Position numbers and translations under genes: made by a program. The notes beneath the pieces were generated by a model, which did not search any database, was not told the origin of the DNA, and worked only from the letters and a program-made list of their open reading frames with translations. This document shows positions 62,901 to 64,000 of a DNA stretch of 64,000 bases, piece by piece. The first letter of the stretch is position 1. Every line of letters starts with the position of its first letter. The stretch lies in the NCBI RefSeq assembly GCF_000002075.1, contig NW_004797502.1:64998-128997 (forward strand). Reading direction: 5' to 3'. The stretch is from Aplysia californica (Eukaryota).

Positions 62901-63655
62901 AAGCAGTGAGGGTTTGTACTTTGTAGTACATCAAAGTACTTTTTTCCAGGTGCAGTGCTATTGTAAGCAGCAACTGATGTTGTCTAGACTTATAAAAAAT
63001 TGCAGCAGATATATTATCATGACTGAGAAAATTGTCCTCTCAGAATATGCCAGTGTGAAACAAGACAGCTTCAATACATTAGCTCTAGCCTGTTTTGCAC
63101 CGAAGCTTTGTTATGCAGTACAAAAGAAGTTGTTGAAAGCAACATTCCATTGGTTTTATATGTATATTACTTGTGAGGCAGCTTGGTAAAATCAGGCGCT
63201 CGTCAAAATAAAGAAATCAGAGAAAGGAGTATTCCTCTAGTTTGGAAATTTTTATCGAATTTTTGTTTTTTGGCTTACACCTTTCATGCCCATTAAAGAA
63301 CTCATTCCGATGTTGATTTTACTGAAAAACTTTGACTAAAGGCATAAAGGATATAAATTTTGTAGTTTCCATGGACACTCAAGCTAAGGACATAACTCAA
63401 CTTAGATTAGACAGCCATTTTTTCGCTTATTTTACTTCTGAAACCAGGTGACCCTCACCTCCTTAGATTGTTTGTATTTGATGATGATAGTCTACTATTT
63501 GTCTTGCTCAGGGCAGGGAACAAGTTGTCTGTGGCTATTGAAAGTTCTGCTCATCTTCTGCAAGTTTGCTTAGACTACAGAACGGCAAAGGCTGAGGGCT
63601 CTCTGCAGGAGAAAGACGCCCAGTTGAGGTCCAGCTGTGGCCTTGCACTGATCAG
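59945..63655 (+). CDS. LAS1L: LAS1-like ribosome biogenesis endonuclease, 5' part (continues beyond the window)
   Basis: Exons 59945-60012, 62754-62846, 63512-63655; GT-AG introns, in phase. Product: KHVVPWRSRQEFLGVYENLF..QNQAINRIATWKSRAGNKLSVAIESSAHLLQV...LRSSCGLALIR, which matches the Las1 N-terminal domain. A 5'-UTR intron lies at 59453-59920. Confidence 0.88.
60049..60728. mobile_element. Tc1/mariner-pogo type MITE (same family as 7544-8356)
   Basis: TA|CAGTCGAACCTG...aagacggcc and ggccgtc...CAGGTTCGACTG. Confidence 0.75.
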
Positions 63656-64000
63656 GTTTCACTACTTTTTTTTTTCTGTGAAATGATGTCCTGGGTATTC
63701 ACATTAATGGTCAAGTACATCTCTTTCGGTACCTATTATATGAATGTAGACTTCTTTTCCTAAGCTCAGCAAATGGTAATGGGATCACTCTTAAGTGTGC
63801 TAGATTTGGACTGACAGCGATGCAAAGAGGCTCGTCTCAGTGCAACAGCAAATGATGAAGTGGGTCAACTTTGCCAATCGATAGACGATAGTGGAGCTCG
63901 GGAGCAATTCTCTTGAAACAGAGAATGGGATTCTATAAGGAATTAATTAATATTTTCTTGGGTAATAAATGTAGAAAAATTTGTTGAAATATATATCTTT

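Overview
Gapped eukaryotic (animal, probably gastropod mollusc; taxon is inferred from repeat types, not proven) genomic scaffold. Four spliced genes can be rebuilt exon by exon: PRIM2 (+, 12 exons, 526 aa), PDCD2 (+, 4 exons, 369 aa), an MDM2/MDM4-family gene (-, 8 coding exons visible, no acidic/zinc-finger/RING exons found) and the 5' part of LAS1L (+), which is head-to-head with MDM2. One exon of a small secreted Gly-rich protein gene (-) lies at the left edge. Introns hold tRNA-derived SINEs, MITEs of several superfamilies, an RTE fragment and a foldback element. The most notable observations are: (1) a 19/20 p53-consensus site with no spacer in the short MDM2/LAS1L divergent promoter; (2) the MDM2 gene stops abruptly at the terminal inverted repeat of a Sola-like transposon; (3) a ~13 kb mosaic of DNA-transposon fragments after PDCD2 in which every coding fragment is on the minus strand, an arrangement resembling a uni-strand piRNA cluster; (4) a P-element-type MITE 42 bp upstream of the PDCD2 start codon. 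All calls were made by eye, with no database searches.
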